Below, one piece after another: positions 12,621 to 24,624 of a DNA stretch of 63,796 bases. The stretch is taken from NCBI GenBank assembly GCA_001179505.1, contig CDMY01000281.1:72784-136579 (forward strand), read 5' to 3'. Position 1 is the first letter of the stretch; every line of letters begins with the position of its first letter. The stretch comes from Vitrella brassicaformis CCMP3155 (lineage: Eukaryota > Protista > Chromerida). A model generated the notes under the pieces. The model was given only the letters and a program-made list of their open reading frames with translations. It did no database searches and was not told where the DNA came from. The translations under genes and the position numbers were made by a program.

Positions 12621-14833
12621 TCAGACGGCCGCCGCAAGAGAGGTGCCTCCACCTCCACCACCCAGCTGGTCATCGTCAGCTGGCTGCAGTGGGTTGCCGA
12701 TCACCTCGGGCGCCACGCTGATGGCGTAGCTGTCCTGCCGGTGACTGCCAGAGAGCCGCAGCACGCGAGCCAACGACAGGAGCCTCGCCGCGCCCCCGCT
12801 CCCACTCCCGTTGCCGATGACCACCCGCCGCCGCTGCCGCCTCAATCTTCTCTCTCGGCGCCTTCTCCTTCGCGCGCGTCGCAGCCAGCGAATGCTGAAA
12901 AGCCCCCACACAAAGGCCGTCTGCTGCTGCTGTTGATGGTGCTGATGTTGTTGCTGCTGCTGCTGCTGCTGGTTGGCGGCTGTGGTCGCTGTCGAGAAGA
13001 GGGAGAGGGTCCTGAGAGGGTGTCTGCGACATCGCCTGTGCACAAGGTAGCAGAACTCCCCCATCGCCATGGACACGCTGTCGAGGAACCGGTCGATTCT
13101 GCTGCACGAGGCAGAGAGGTAGGGCCCCCGGGCAGGGAAGAACGAGTTGTCGCTGCCCTGACGCTCGTTGGTGAGCGATGATGAGCGGGCAGAGGGCGGG
13201 GCGAACCATGAGGCGTCGGTGGGCGACGCGAGGGACTGGGCGATGAACCATGAGTGCAGGCAGCTGTAAAGGACCAGGAAGACCACCATGAACGGCAGGG
13301 CCACTTGGCCGTACTTCCACCTCAACACACGCACGCACACCCACACACACGCATCAACGTCTCCCTCTCTTCTCTCTCTCTCTCTCTCTCTGACTCTCTG
13401 TTTCTCACGTGAAAAATGCCGCCGAATACGCCGCGAGAAGCGAGACCCACCGTGCCGTCCACACTAGGCCGAACCCCGAGTTGAGCACGTGTGAGGAGTA
13501 GTGTTGCGTGCCGTCCCCGCTGCTGCCGCCCTCATTCTTGAAGAACCTCTTGAGCCAGCACAGAGGGTAGAGCCGGGCGATGTCGAGCTCGATGTCCCAG
13601 AAGAGCATGGCGCCCGTGTAGAAGAAGAAGTAGACCAGGTCGAAGGACTGACCCAGGTGGGCCGGCGTCAGGGTCAGACCTGACGAGACGAATGAAAAAA
13701 GACAGCAACGAGAGCACACCCATATGCGTGTGTGTATGTGCCATGCCAGCCAGAAGTCCAATCCAGGTTCCCTCACTCACCGAATCGCGCAATGGCGAAG
13801 TAGTGGAGATACTCCATCACAGCCAGGGCCGTCAGCATCGTCATCTCACGCGAACCACTGCCAGTGACAAAACCAGGCCACCCTCGCGTCAGCCGGAGGA
13901 ACGATACCCTTAGCCGCAGGGCGACCAACGACACGAAGGCGATGGCGTACTGGAGGGCCAGGCGGGTGCTGCGCGGGGAGGGTGCGGGGGCGGCGCACTG
14001 GCCTTTGTGGAAGTCAGTGTAGGTGCAATGGGGGGGCAGCCTCTGCGCGGTTAGCCAGAAGATGGCCGTCAGCATGTAGAGAACCAGGTGGCAAAGCGTC
14101 AGCCATGAGCGGACCTGAGAGAGAGACAACACAAACCAACCAGCGAGTTTGATGTGTGTGTGGCGCTCGTTGGAATGCATTGGTCTCTCATGACACGCAG
14201 TCAGTCAGATTCACTCACCAGTGGGATCTTGGGCAGCCACTGCGGCACGGAAGGCGCAGTGCACCCCGCCACTCGGTCCCACTTGCGCGCCATCCGCCGA
14301 GAGGCCATCGCCACACTCACCATCCCCCCCACGACAGCCACAAGCGCCGCACCAAACACACCAACCGCCACAAAGAGAAGCGCATCAGCAGCCCACGGCG
14401 CCACGAGCATCGCCAGCAGCACCACCAACCACACACCGGCACCCAGCCCCCTCATCCCCAGCTGAAAGGCCCATATGTCAGTGCTGACCACCTTTTCCTG
14501 CAGGGCACCGCGGTCCTTGTGCAGGCACCTCCGCTTCAGCCTGGATATGTGGTCCGTCCACAGTATCTGAAACATGGCCGGGGCGTCCTCGAGGGATCTG
14601 GTGAGCTGCCTGAGCTGCGGGGTGCACTGGGACAGACGCAGCAGGTCCAGTGGCGCACAAAACCGCAGCAAGGTCTCCTTCAGCCCCTCCGTCTGGACGA
14701 CGCCCTCGAAGTTCACGTCGCTGTCGCTGTCGCTGCGGCTGTTGGCAGATGGGGGCTGTGCCGCAGCCTGTGCGTCCTGTGGTTGGGGTGCATTCGCCGT
14801 CAGTGCATGCTGCTGTGCGGATGGCTGTGACAT
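12621..14833 (-). CDS. Multi-pass membrane protein with an N-terminal F-box-like motif and a polyQ/Arg-rich tail
   Basis: EGLKETLLRFCAPLDLLRLSQCTPQLRQL resembles an F-box. About four exons carry many hydrophobic segments. The last exon has QQQQ/HQ and RRARRRRRRERRLRRQRRR tracts. Confidence 0.65.
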
Positions 14834-15192
14834 CGGTGTGCCTGTCGGACGGAGGCCCCTCATGCTGACGCGGCAGAAGTAAGACGAGCGACGGAGCCCA
14901 GTGCGGATGCGCGCGCGCGAAGATGATCTTCGCTCCATTGTCGCAGGCATGGATGCCACACCAGCACCAGCAGGTTGGAGGTGAGACCTCAAGCTCGCAC
15001 GACCTCGGGGCTTGAGTGACGACTGTTTCAGGACTCGTTGGACGTGCTTGCATCTCTCAGATCAGTGTCACTGACGACACCCTTTCACAAGGTGGGCTGA
15101 GTTTCACCGGAACAGACAGCAGCGCAGCCTTGATGATTTCCCTGCCTTGCCTTGCCTGCAGGTGGTGTGGAGCGACTGTGAGTGAAGATAAT

Positions 15193-18100
15193 ATGTCAGG
15201 AGCCCTGACCCAAGACCTCGTTCGTGTCCTACAAGGCCTCCGCCGGGTGGCAGGAGTGGTCGTCGAGTCGCCCGCACTGACCGCCCCGCAGTGGCGCAGA
15301 TTCGACCCCTCACGCTTGAACGGCGACGCCCAGCTCAAGGCAGATGAGTCGGCCCATGAGTCAGCGGGGTCCGAAGAGGCGGCCTTCACGGCAGCGGGCT
15401 ACGTGCAGATGGCCGAGTCGTTCAACCCATCACTGGCACGGCAGCTGCGGCGGCGGGAGCCGCCTGCACACGCCATTAGCTATGTGCAGCACCATGAGGA
15501 GGAGCACTACGGCGCCGCCAGCGATGAGCGGTGGGTGGACGACGGTGGCCCGGCTGTGAGAGTGGAGGAGTATCATGATCATGGTGTGGAGTTCGAGCCC
15601 ATCCCGTCAGCTGCTGCGGATCATCATCTTTCTGACGAGCCGGCGTCGGGGGTGCGGACAGACAGCGCGGACAACAATGGGCATGAGGTGCCTGAGGCGG
15701 CCGCGTACTCGTCCTTCTCTGTCCCGCTACAAGCGTCACGCCGCGCCGATCTATCGGCAGTATCATCAACACCGGCAGCGGCAGCGTCATCGCGGCCGCC
15801 GTCGTCAAGTGATGTGTCGAGCCACCACCATGACGTTGATGCGTTCGTCAACGAGGGCGGCTCGTCGACGTCAGCCTCATCGTCTGCTGTGGCCGCTGGC
15901 CACCCCCGTGTGTATGAGAGCAGCCCGGCCCCGGCAGGCTTTGAGCCGCGAGAGATCGCCGTCCCTTCGCACCCCATGTCGCGCGTCATGCACTTTGGCG
16001 GCCTCTTCATGGGTTTGGCTGCCGGCACCCTGGCCGAGTCTGTCCGGCGAGTCTCTCGGGTGAGTGAGTGACTGAGTCAATGCCCACAGACAGCCAGAAG
16101 ACGCCAGCTGTGGATGTTGCGGTGGTTAGGGTGAGGACACAGGCGACCTGCGGTCCCGCGTGTTGAGCCCGCAGAACGCCGAGAGGATATCTCTGACGCT
16201 GGCCAAGATGAGAGGCGCGGCACTCAAGCTGGGCCAGATGCTCAGGTAGGGACACAGGCACATGGGCACAGACAGACACACAGGTCGATGGAGAGAGAGA
16301 GAGTGGCCCACAGTGGTGTGTATGTGTGTGTGTGTGTGTGTGTGTGTCTCTGGTTGGTGTCAGTCTGCAGGAGGAGTATCTGCCTCCCATCCTCAGAGAT
16401 GCCGTGCAGAGGGCCCGGTGAGGGAGGGAGGGAGGGAGTGAGTGAATGCCTTCCTGCCTGCCTGCCAGCTGTGCGGATGGGTGGTGGCTGTGTGCTCGTG
16501 TGGTGGTGATTCCTCTGTCCGCAGGAACTCAGCCGACATTATGCCCAAGAAGCAGCTGCATGGGGTGTGGTGATGGAGAGAGGGAGGGAGAGGCAAGGGG
16601 CAACACACAGGCGCACACACCACTCGTCTGTGTGGGTCTGCAGGTGATGGAGAAGGAGCTGGGTCGCCACTGGCGCTCCAAGTTTGCGAGGTTCAACGAG
16701 ATCCCCATTGCTGCCGCATCCATCGGACAGGTCAGTCAGAGATCCATATCATCCCAGACAGACCTGTCTGACACATCCCATCCCACTCACAAGACGGAGC
16801 AAGGCAAGCAGCACCAGTAGATGTGTGTGTGTGTGAATGTGTGTGTCAGGTTCACGAGGCTTGGCTCCACGATGGGACGAGGGTTGCAGTGAAGGTGCAA
16901 TACCCGGGTATGCACGGATGCGTGGAGGACGGCTACCTGGCCCCATTCACGTCTTTTGTCAATGTGTGTGTGCGTGCGTGTGTGTGTGTGTGTGTGCCTT
17001 GGGGCAGGCGTCGATCGGTCCATCGAGAGCGACCTCAAAAACCTCCTCAGCCTGGTCAGTCTAGCTAAGTACATCACCCCGCATCCATCCATCCTTCCAG
17101 CTCTTCCTCCCTCCATTCACTCACTCTATCTTTGGTGTGTCCATCCAATTTGTGTGCCTATCGTGTAGGTGACCTACACCAATTTGGTGCCCAAGAGCAT
17201 GTACCTGGACGTCTTGGCTCGCGAGATGAAGACCGAGCTGCTGGCCGAGTGCAACTACGAGAACGAGGCGGGGTTCTACTCCATCTTCAGGTCGGTCGGT
17301 CGCCCGCCCGGCCGGTGCCTGCACTGCACTCACGGGGTGTCCTGTGTGTCTCCTGTGTGGTGTCCAGGAAGCTGTTTTCTGGCCGTGGGGGGCTGTACGT
17401 GCCAGAGGTGATCCACGAGCTCTCGACGAGACATGTCCTCACCACCGAATTTGTCACCGGGGTCAGTCAGTATGCTCTGATATACATGACGTCCCACAGG
17501 CGGCCGACCGGTCGGTCTTTGGTGTGTGTCCTATATGCGTCATGCGTCATCTGTGCAGATCTCTCTGGACGAGGTGGTGACCACGATGGACCAGGCGACG
17601 CGCGACTCGATTGCCAAGCGGCTGCTGCACCTCTGCCTGCACGAGCTCTTCATCTACAAGATCATGCAAACGGTAGGCAGGTCACAACACAACACGACAG
17701 ACACACCAGACAGACACACTGTGTATGTGTGTGTGGGTGTGTGTGGGTGTGTGAAGGACCCCAATCCCGCCAATTTTTTCTACCGAGTAGAGGACGACAC
17801 TCTGTGCCTCATCGACTTCGGGGCCGGTGAGTGAGTGCACTCAGCCACACAGACAGACAGACAGACAGACAGCACAGGCGTAGACGCCTCACCGCACACA
17901 CACCACACCCATTGTGTGTGGGGGGGTTGCCCTATCATATTATCAGGTCGTGCTTACCATCCCAAGTTTGTGGACGACTACATCCACGTGGTGCATGCGG
18001 CCGCCAGGAACGACTACAACCGAGTGGTGCACTACTCCAAGGAACTCGGCTTCCTCAACGGTCGGTCAGCCGCCGTGCTGCATGCACATACACACACGTG

Positions 18101-18743
18101 TGGGAGGTGATGTGTGGCCGTGTGTCGTGTGGCGTGTGTCGTGTGGTGTGTCTGCAGGCAGTGAGTCGCGCATAATGCTCGACGCCCATGTGCGGTCCGT
18201 CGTGGCCGTCGGTGAGACACACACACACACACAGACACACAGACACCCACGAGCTCACTGAACCGCCGGACTCCGACACTCAGGTGAGCCGTTCTCCGCT
18301 GAGGGGATGTTCGACTTTGCGAGCACCAACATCGTCAACAAGGCAAGCCTGTCTGTCCACACACCACACACATATTGGCTGTCTGGTCTATATCTCTGAT
18401 GTGCGTCTGTGCGTCCGTCCGTCCGTGTGTGTCCGTGTTTGTGTGTGTGTGTGCGTGTGTGTGTGCAGGTCTATGAGTTGAGTCCGGTGATGCTTGAGCA
18501 TCGGCAGAAGCCGCCGCCCCCCGAGGTCTACTCGCTGCACCGCAAGCTGGCCGGCTGCTACCTCCTCTGCATCAAACTCAAGGCACATGTGCCGGCCAAA
18601 GAGGTGCGGGCCCCTCACACACACACACACACACGCCGCCGCCCCCCGAGTCTCTCCATCCTTTGCTGGTGTGTGTGCAGATGTTTGACGATGTGTATGC
18701 CCGCTATGAGTTCAGCGGCCCAGACACGTACCAGGGGGTCTAG
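15193..18743 (+). CDS. COQ8: ABC1/COQ8 (ADCK3/4-like) atypical kinase, ubiquinone biosynthesis
   Basis: KMRGAALKLGQMLS (KxGQ), IAAASIGQVH, VAVKVQYPGV, MQTDPNPANF, LIDFGA, PPPEVYSLHRKLAGCYLLC. About 16 exons, stop TAG at 18741-18743. Confidence 0.95.
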
Positions 18744-19252
18744 CTAGCTCGGCCCCCCTCGCACACAGCCTCTCCTGTCGGTCTTTTGCGTGTTCTGATT
18801 ATGATGGTGGGTGGATGGATGGATGGATTCATGTGTGTCGAGTATACTGCAGCAAGCGACCTGACCGCGTGTGTCAACTCACTCGGTTGGCCGGTTTTGT
18901 CCAATGGGCTATCTCCTGGCTGTCTTGTCTGCCTGTGTGTTTGTCGCCGACAGTAGGTGCTGTTTGTCGTAAGGAGTCATGACTGACGCCCGAAGGGCTT
19001 TTCCTTTCTATCTTTGTCGTAAGGACAGATCGATGGGGAGTGTTTGTGAGTGTGTAGCATGCCTTCCTTCATGTGGACAGGGGATTGCATTGTGCATTCA
19101 CCGACAAGTGAGAGATAGACCGCCGACTGACTCACCAGACACGTCAGTCAACGCATCAAGTCACTCATCGCGGCCAAAACAGCCACTCTCTCGTCCGTCG
19201 TTAACAGACCCCTCCCTCCCTCCCCCTCTCCCTTGCTGCACGCCCTCCCTCA

Positions 19253-20549
19253 CTATATCTCATCAACGGCCTCCAGGAACATCTCCCTCAGTGTGTAGAG
19301 CCTCTCGATGGCCCGCCTTTCGGCTGCGGTGAGGTCCTTATGCCAGAAGTCGATGTGCAGCACGTGCCTCTCGTCGTCTGTGGGGTTGAATGTCTCGTGC
19401 TGAAAGGTCGTGTCATAAACCAAGGCCCTCCCCGGCTGCCAGTGCCGCTTCTCCGCACCCACACGTATCCACGCAGGATAATGGCCGCCGTCCTCGCTCG
19501 TCGGCACGAGCACACCAAGCTGCAGCGACACACACATACACACACACACACAGACAGTGTGGTGTGCATGGCGTGGAGTGGCACTCTGAGCTTCTCGCTG
19601 GACCTGGGTGGTCAGCATGAGGTTGTTGCCGTCGACGTGTAATGGGATCCCTGAGTGCGGTTTCTGCCGGTTGAAGCCAACGCATATGCGCTGGGCGACG
19701 GGGATGCTCTCCAGGAGGCGGGCCAGGGTGGGGCACAGGTACAAGGGGAAGCCGTCGACAGGGCGGCCGTTGCGCCACAGCTGTAAAGAAGACCACCCAC
19801 TGCAGCAAAACGAACCAACGAACGAACAACACACCGCCTGAAGTGAGTAAGTTGAGCGACGGTCGGTCCCATTGTCGACCTTTCATAGTTGATGCCTGTG
19901 ACGCTGTCGTGCCTCTGCCCGGCCTCAAGGAGAGCGAGGTACTCCTCCCTGATTTTGGGATAAGCGCTCTCCAGCTCTTTGATCCATGGGAACTCGTCAG
20001 CCTCCCAGAAGGGCTGTGCCGTCAGGCCAGGGAAGTACGAGTGCATCTTGCCCCTGTAGGGCTCCACATACACATCCTTCGGCACCTCCCTGAGACCCCT
20101 CTGCACACACACACACGCACACACACACACATACATGCGCCCTTCTGTTGGCCACGTGTGTGTCATTCCATTCTTGCCTGCATCTCCACAAACAGTCTGA
20201 ATCGCTTCAGCTCTTTGGCCGCAAACTCCAGTGCCAGTGCCTTGTCCATAAAAGACCAGAACTGGTCCTCTATCGCATCATTGTCCCCTTCAAGCAGCAG
20301 GGCGCTCTTGGTGCGCTTGATGGCCTTCCTCATCAGCGAGTCGATCTGGTTGTCCACCGAGGCCGGGCTGGGAGCGACAGGCACGCCGAAACCGACAGAT
20401 CTCATCCTCAGCTGATGCAGCCGGAGATGGACTTGAAGAGAGCGTTGTTGATCCATCCGGGTGACAGATGCGGGCCATTTGCGCAGCAGGAAGCCTTTGC
20501 ATTGCCTGAATGCAGCGATGCCCAGCAGGAGCGCCAAAAACAACAGCAT
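19253..20549 (-). CDS. Aspartyl/asparaginyl beta-hydroxylase-domain 2OG-Fe(II) oxygenase, probable bipartite (plastid) targeting
   Basis: YFPGLTAQPFW, IREEYLAL, GIPLHVDG (HxD), WQPGRALVYDTTFQHETFN, RHVLHIDFWH. N-terminal signal MLLFLALLLGIAAFRQCKG followed by F and a basic transit-like region. Confidence 0.88.
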
Positions 20550-20680
20550 TTTGTTCGACCGGCGAGCTTTTGAATCCGTTGACCGTTTGGTCCAAGCCAA
20601 ATACGTAAGTCGTAAGTCTAGGCATGAGTTCATCGGTGGTCCTGTCATCTTATGCCGGTGTGTTTTGTGCAGGTGCCACA

Positions 20681-22274
20681 ATGTCCACGGCCAAGACGCT
20701 TTCGGTTCCCGATGGCACCTCGGGCAACGAGCGCCTCTCCGCCTCCTCCCCCCCACCCCCCAGGCCGCTGCCCAGCCCCTCAGCAAACGTACACACAGGG
20801 GGGACCCCTAGAATGAAAGAAAACACCTTTTTGATTCATTCGCGCATGTGGTTTCTGCGCAGGAACGGTCCAAGAGTGCGGCCCCTCGTCCAAGTCTGGC
20901 GCGGACGGCCAAGAGCAAGCAGACCAAGAGCTGCACCTCTTTGAATGAGGCCTATGACAACTTTCGATGGCCGCTGCCAAAGATGTTTGGGTGAGGAGGG
21001 AGGAAAAAGACGTCGGCGGGGTATGTGTGGACGTCTGTCTGTCTGTCTGTCTTGTTTGGTGTCGTGCCAACAGGGAGGAGACGTACGCTTACACTGAGAT
21101 CGAAATCCACGACCCTCGGGTGAGAACGTGGGTCGGAAAGCCTCTCGAAGGGGCAGTACATTTCGCAATATGTGTGTGTGTGTGTGTGCCTTGCATGCCA
21201 CGAATGCACCTATCTATGGTTTTTCAGTATAGCGACGAGCTGAAGCAGATGAATCGTGACCTCAAGGACGCGTTAGAGAAGGAGCAGATGGTAGAGAAGC
21301 AGTGGCGGATGTGCTACGCCGGCCTCACCAAGGCAGAACACAGACGCAAGGTTGGTATGCCCAAAGACGCACACACACGCAAGAGACACCTCTGCCCTGT
21401 CCGTGGATCGTCGATGTCCTATCGATGTCGCCAGACACTGTCTGCTTCTGCGCCTGACAAGACCAAGTCCAAATTCGGTGAGGCCGGGAAACGAGGCCCT
21501 CACACAAGGAACACACCGGTAATGCACATTTGTGTCTCGGTCAGACCGCGTCGTGGAGGAGTTCCGCGTGCAGCTCGTCAAGCTGCAGGTGAGTGAGTGA
21601 GTGAGTGAGTGAGTCCGACATGCGTTCAAGCCAGGCTTGCGCACATTCGTCTGGCTGTGCTGTCGTGTTTGTATCTGTTACTGTGTGTGTTGGCTGTTTG
21701 GTTGTGTCAGGAGGACCGTGACAAGTGCAAGCAGTACATAGCGGAGATCTACGCCCGCATCGATGTCATCAACAAGGTAGGCAGAGGTAATGATATTGGG
21801 TGGGTGAGAGGGAGGGCCCCGCCTAGACACTCACTTGATGCTGGCTGTGTGTGCCGTGTGTGCCGTGTGTGCTTTGCTTGCAGGAGATAAACAAGGAGAA
21901 GGCGCTGGAAGACATGCAGCGGGTAAAGAGACAGAGAACGGGAAAGAGACACTGACTGAAAACCGACGACCAAAGGCGTCCCCATGCCTGTTTCATGGCT
22001 GTGCTCAGGAGTGTGCTGAGAAGCTGATGCAGAAGAGTGGAGGCCAACACATGTATGTGTGTACGCAACGAGACACCAACGTCCAGCCAGCCAGAGACAT
22101 GCTGTCCATGCTGTCTGCAGTCAGCAGCCGTTCCGTGTGGGTCAGCACTCGCTGTATCTTGGAGAAACTCTCAAGAAGCACGGCCACCTTGCCCCTGGCG
22201 GGCCCACCAAGCTGTCAGCGGGGGACACGAGAGAAGTGGACGACGAAGAGGCCTACGATGCTCTCGGTCGGTGA
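20681..22274 (+). CDS. Coiled-coil hypothetical protein
   Basis: About ten small in-frame exons (MSTAKTLS.., YSDELKQMNRDLKDALEKEQMVEKQW, DRVVEEFRVQLVKLQ, EDRDKCKQYIAEIYARIDVINK). The exact stop is uncertain. Confidence 0.65.
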
Positions 22275-23091
22275 GCATACACCACCCAGAACCCTTCCCT
22301 AGTGCAAAATTAACGTTATGTGCCTTTTCTCTCGCTTGTCTGTTTCGGCTTGGCTGATAAGGAGACCTTCCTAGTCCGGAGGAGCTCTCCAAGAGCAGCG
22401 GGCAACGGCAGCTTGTGTAGCTAGCGGGAGGGCAAGGAGGGGGATGGAAGCTTGTTGTTGATATGATCCTTGGGTGGATGATCGTTTGTTCGTTGTTCTG
22501 CACTGCCTTGCATACGTGGCGGAGAGGTGTGTGGTGTGGTTTGCTGAATGCAGTCGTGGCAGCGAGGAGAGAGGGGGGTCGACGGGCATGGATGGATGGA
22601 TGCGGGGGATGACATTCACGGCACACAATGAGACCTGAGACGCATGAGGGTGGAGGGGACTGAGGGGAGAAGGGAGAGGGCTCTTTGACTGAGCTGAGTC
22701 TTTTTCTATCTAATCGTCGATGGCGTATCGGTGGCAGCACACACATGCCGCCAGTCTGTCGTGTTCAGCTGAACATGTAGCGGCACGCGGTAGAAAAAGA
22801 AAAAAGTCTCTCCTCTCGGCCGACGCATTTTCTCTCTCCGGTACCGACACTCTTTCTCCACTCTCGACCGGGGTAACCATACACCACACCGAAACGAAAA
22901 AGAAAGAGACACTTCTCTAACAGCCGTAGCCGACACACAGGTAGAGGTGTGTCAACGTGCGGTTACACACCATATCACACACCTGGAGGTGGCGTGTGTG
23001 GGTGTGGCAGAACTCGCCGTCAATCTTCAAACAGACAGAGACACACACGATAGGGACAGTATGTCCTGTGTAGTGGCTCCATGTTAGTGAC

Positions 23092-24589
23092 CTAGAGTTT
23101 TCCCTTGAAGTGCCATGTGACCTGGGCGGTCCGAGAACCCGACACCCCGTACTTGAAGTTCCCGGAACGCGGCCCAGTGAATGTCTGGTTCAGGCGCCGG
23201 CCGGTGCCTGTCTCAACTTCAACGTCGAGCTGTCAGCATGCGAATCAGAAACAGACAGAAATGTTGGAGAAAACACAGGACAAATACCTGGCCGTTGGCA
23301 AAGCACATTGTCCTGGTCTTGCCATTCAATTTGTCCTTGAAGGAGTAGGTGTCTCCATCGCATGGCTTCTCCTGCTCCTCCTCAGACGAGCGGGGCTCCT
23401 TGATGCACTTGCCCGTGCCCACTGGTGGGAGCCAGTCGATATCCGAGGACACCTTGTCGGCATTCGGCCAGGACACCTTCTCGACAGCGCACACCTTGGG
23501 CGCCTCGCACCCCTTGGCGTAACTAGGGACCCACACAACATCCCACCTCGCGAGGTCTTTCTCTGACCAAATGAAATAGAGCAGTGGAGACAAGACTTTG
23601 TGGGGATGCCGATGAGCCCTCACTCAAGTCGGTCCACTTCTCCTCTTTCCCAGCCTTGAAGAACACCGAGCAGGATGAGAAGAACAATGAGTCCCAGAAT
23701 GGGCCTGTGCACATCGGACACAATGTCATGATGGCATTGCATCCAGTGCCACTCGCAGCTATGCCGCGCCTCGCCCACCGTCATGTGCCTGGAAGAACGC
23801 TGCAGCCGTGCCGCTCTGCGGCTGTCCAAGGTCTGCAATCAGAGCCATGAAGAACGTCATGGTGGGTGGGCTGAGCTCAAATCGAGTCGTACAAGTGTGC
23901 AGTGAGCTGACAACGAACCATTGCAGTCGGGCCCTTGCAGAGCGCATCCCTCTCCAGTGATCACGTCAGCAGCGGAGAGCCGAGCAAGGAGCAGGAACAC
24001 TACCCGACAAGGTGCGGCGAAAAGCTGGAGTTCCGGCCGGAAAGCTGAGAGGAGGCGGGGAAAGCTAGCTAGGCCCACAGAAGGCCAGCTAAGCCCGCGG
24101 AAAGCCAGCCAGCCACCCGGAAAGCTGGCCAGACCACCCAGAAAGCTGGCCTTCCGGGCCTCCCTGCCAGCTTTCCAGCCGGAAAGCTGGCCTGTCCAGC
24201 TTTCCAGCCGGAAAGCTGGCTTTGCCGACCTCCCTGCCAGCTTGCCAGCCGGACAGCTGGCTGTCCCGCCCTCCTGTGTGCTCAGAGGGCGGAAAGCTGG
24301 CCTTCTACACTGATGCGAAGGCCTCCACGGACAGCCCTGCGACTCTCTCCATGAATCATTGACTGTCAGTGAATGAATGCCATGCATTGGCTCCACCGGT
24401 CCCACACACTCACACACACACGCCGAACCCATCAATGAATGAACGAATGGATGGATGGACGGCACCAACACTCAACCACACTGATATCTCACTCACTCAA
24501 TCACTCACTCAATCACTTGCTGCCATCCACCCACCCATCCACCCTCCCACTCACGTGTGGTGCACTCTCTCTCACACACAGACCGAAGG

Positions 24590-24624
<35 letters not shown>

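Noticed and set aside
24012-24310. Spaced palindromic repeats resembling a CRISPR array
   Set aside because: Repeats are about 11 bp with irregular spacing and both orientations, in a eukaryotic context with no cas genes. They are explained as transposon subterminal repeats.
23857-24471. 204-aa ORF and the mirror ORF at 25343-25696 with repeated GQLSGW/KAG units
   Set aside because: They are open frames across the subterminal repeat arrays, with no DDE or transposase features.
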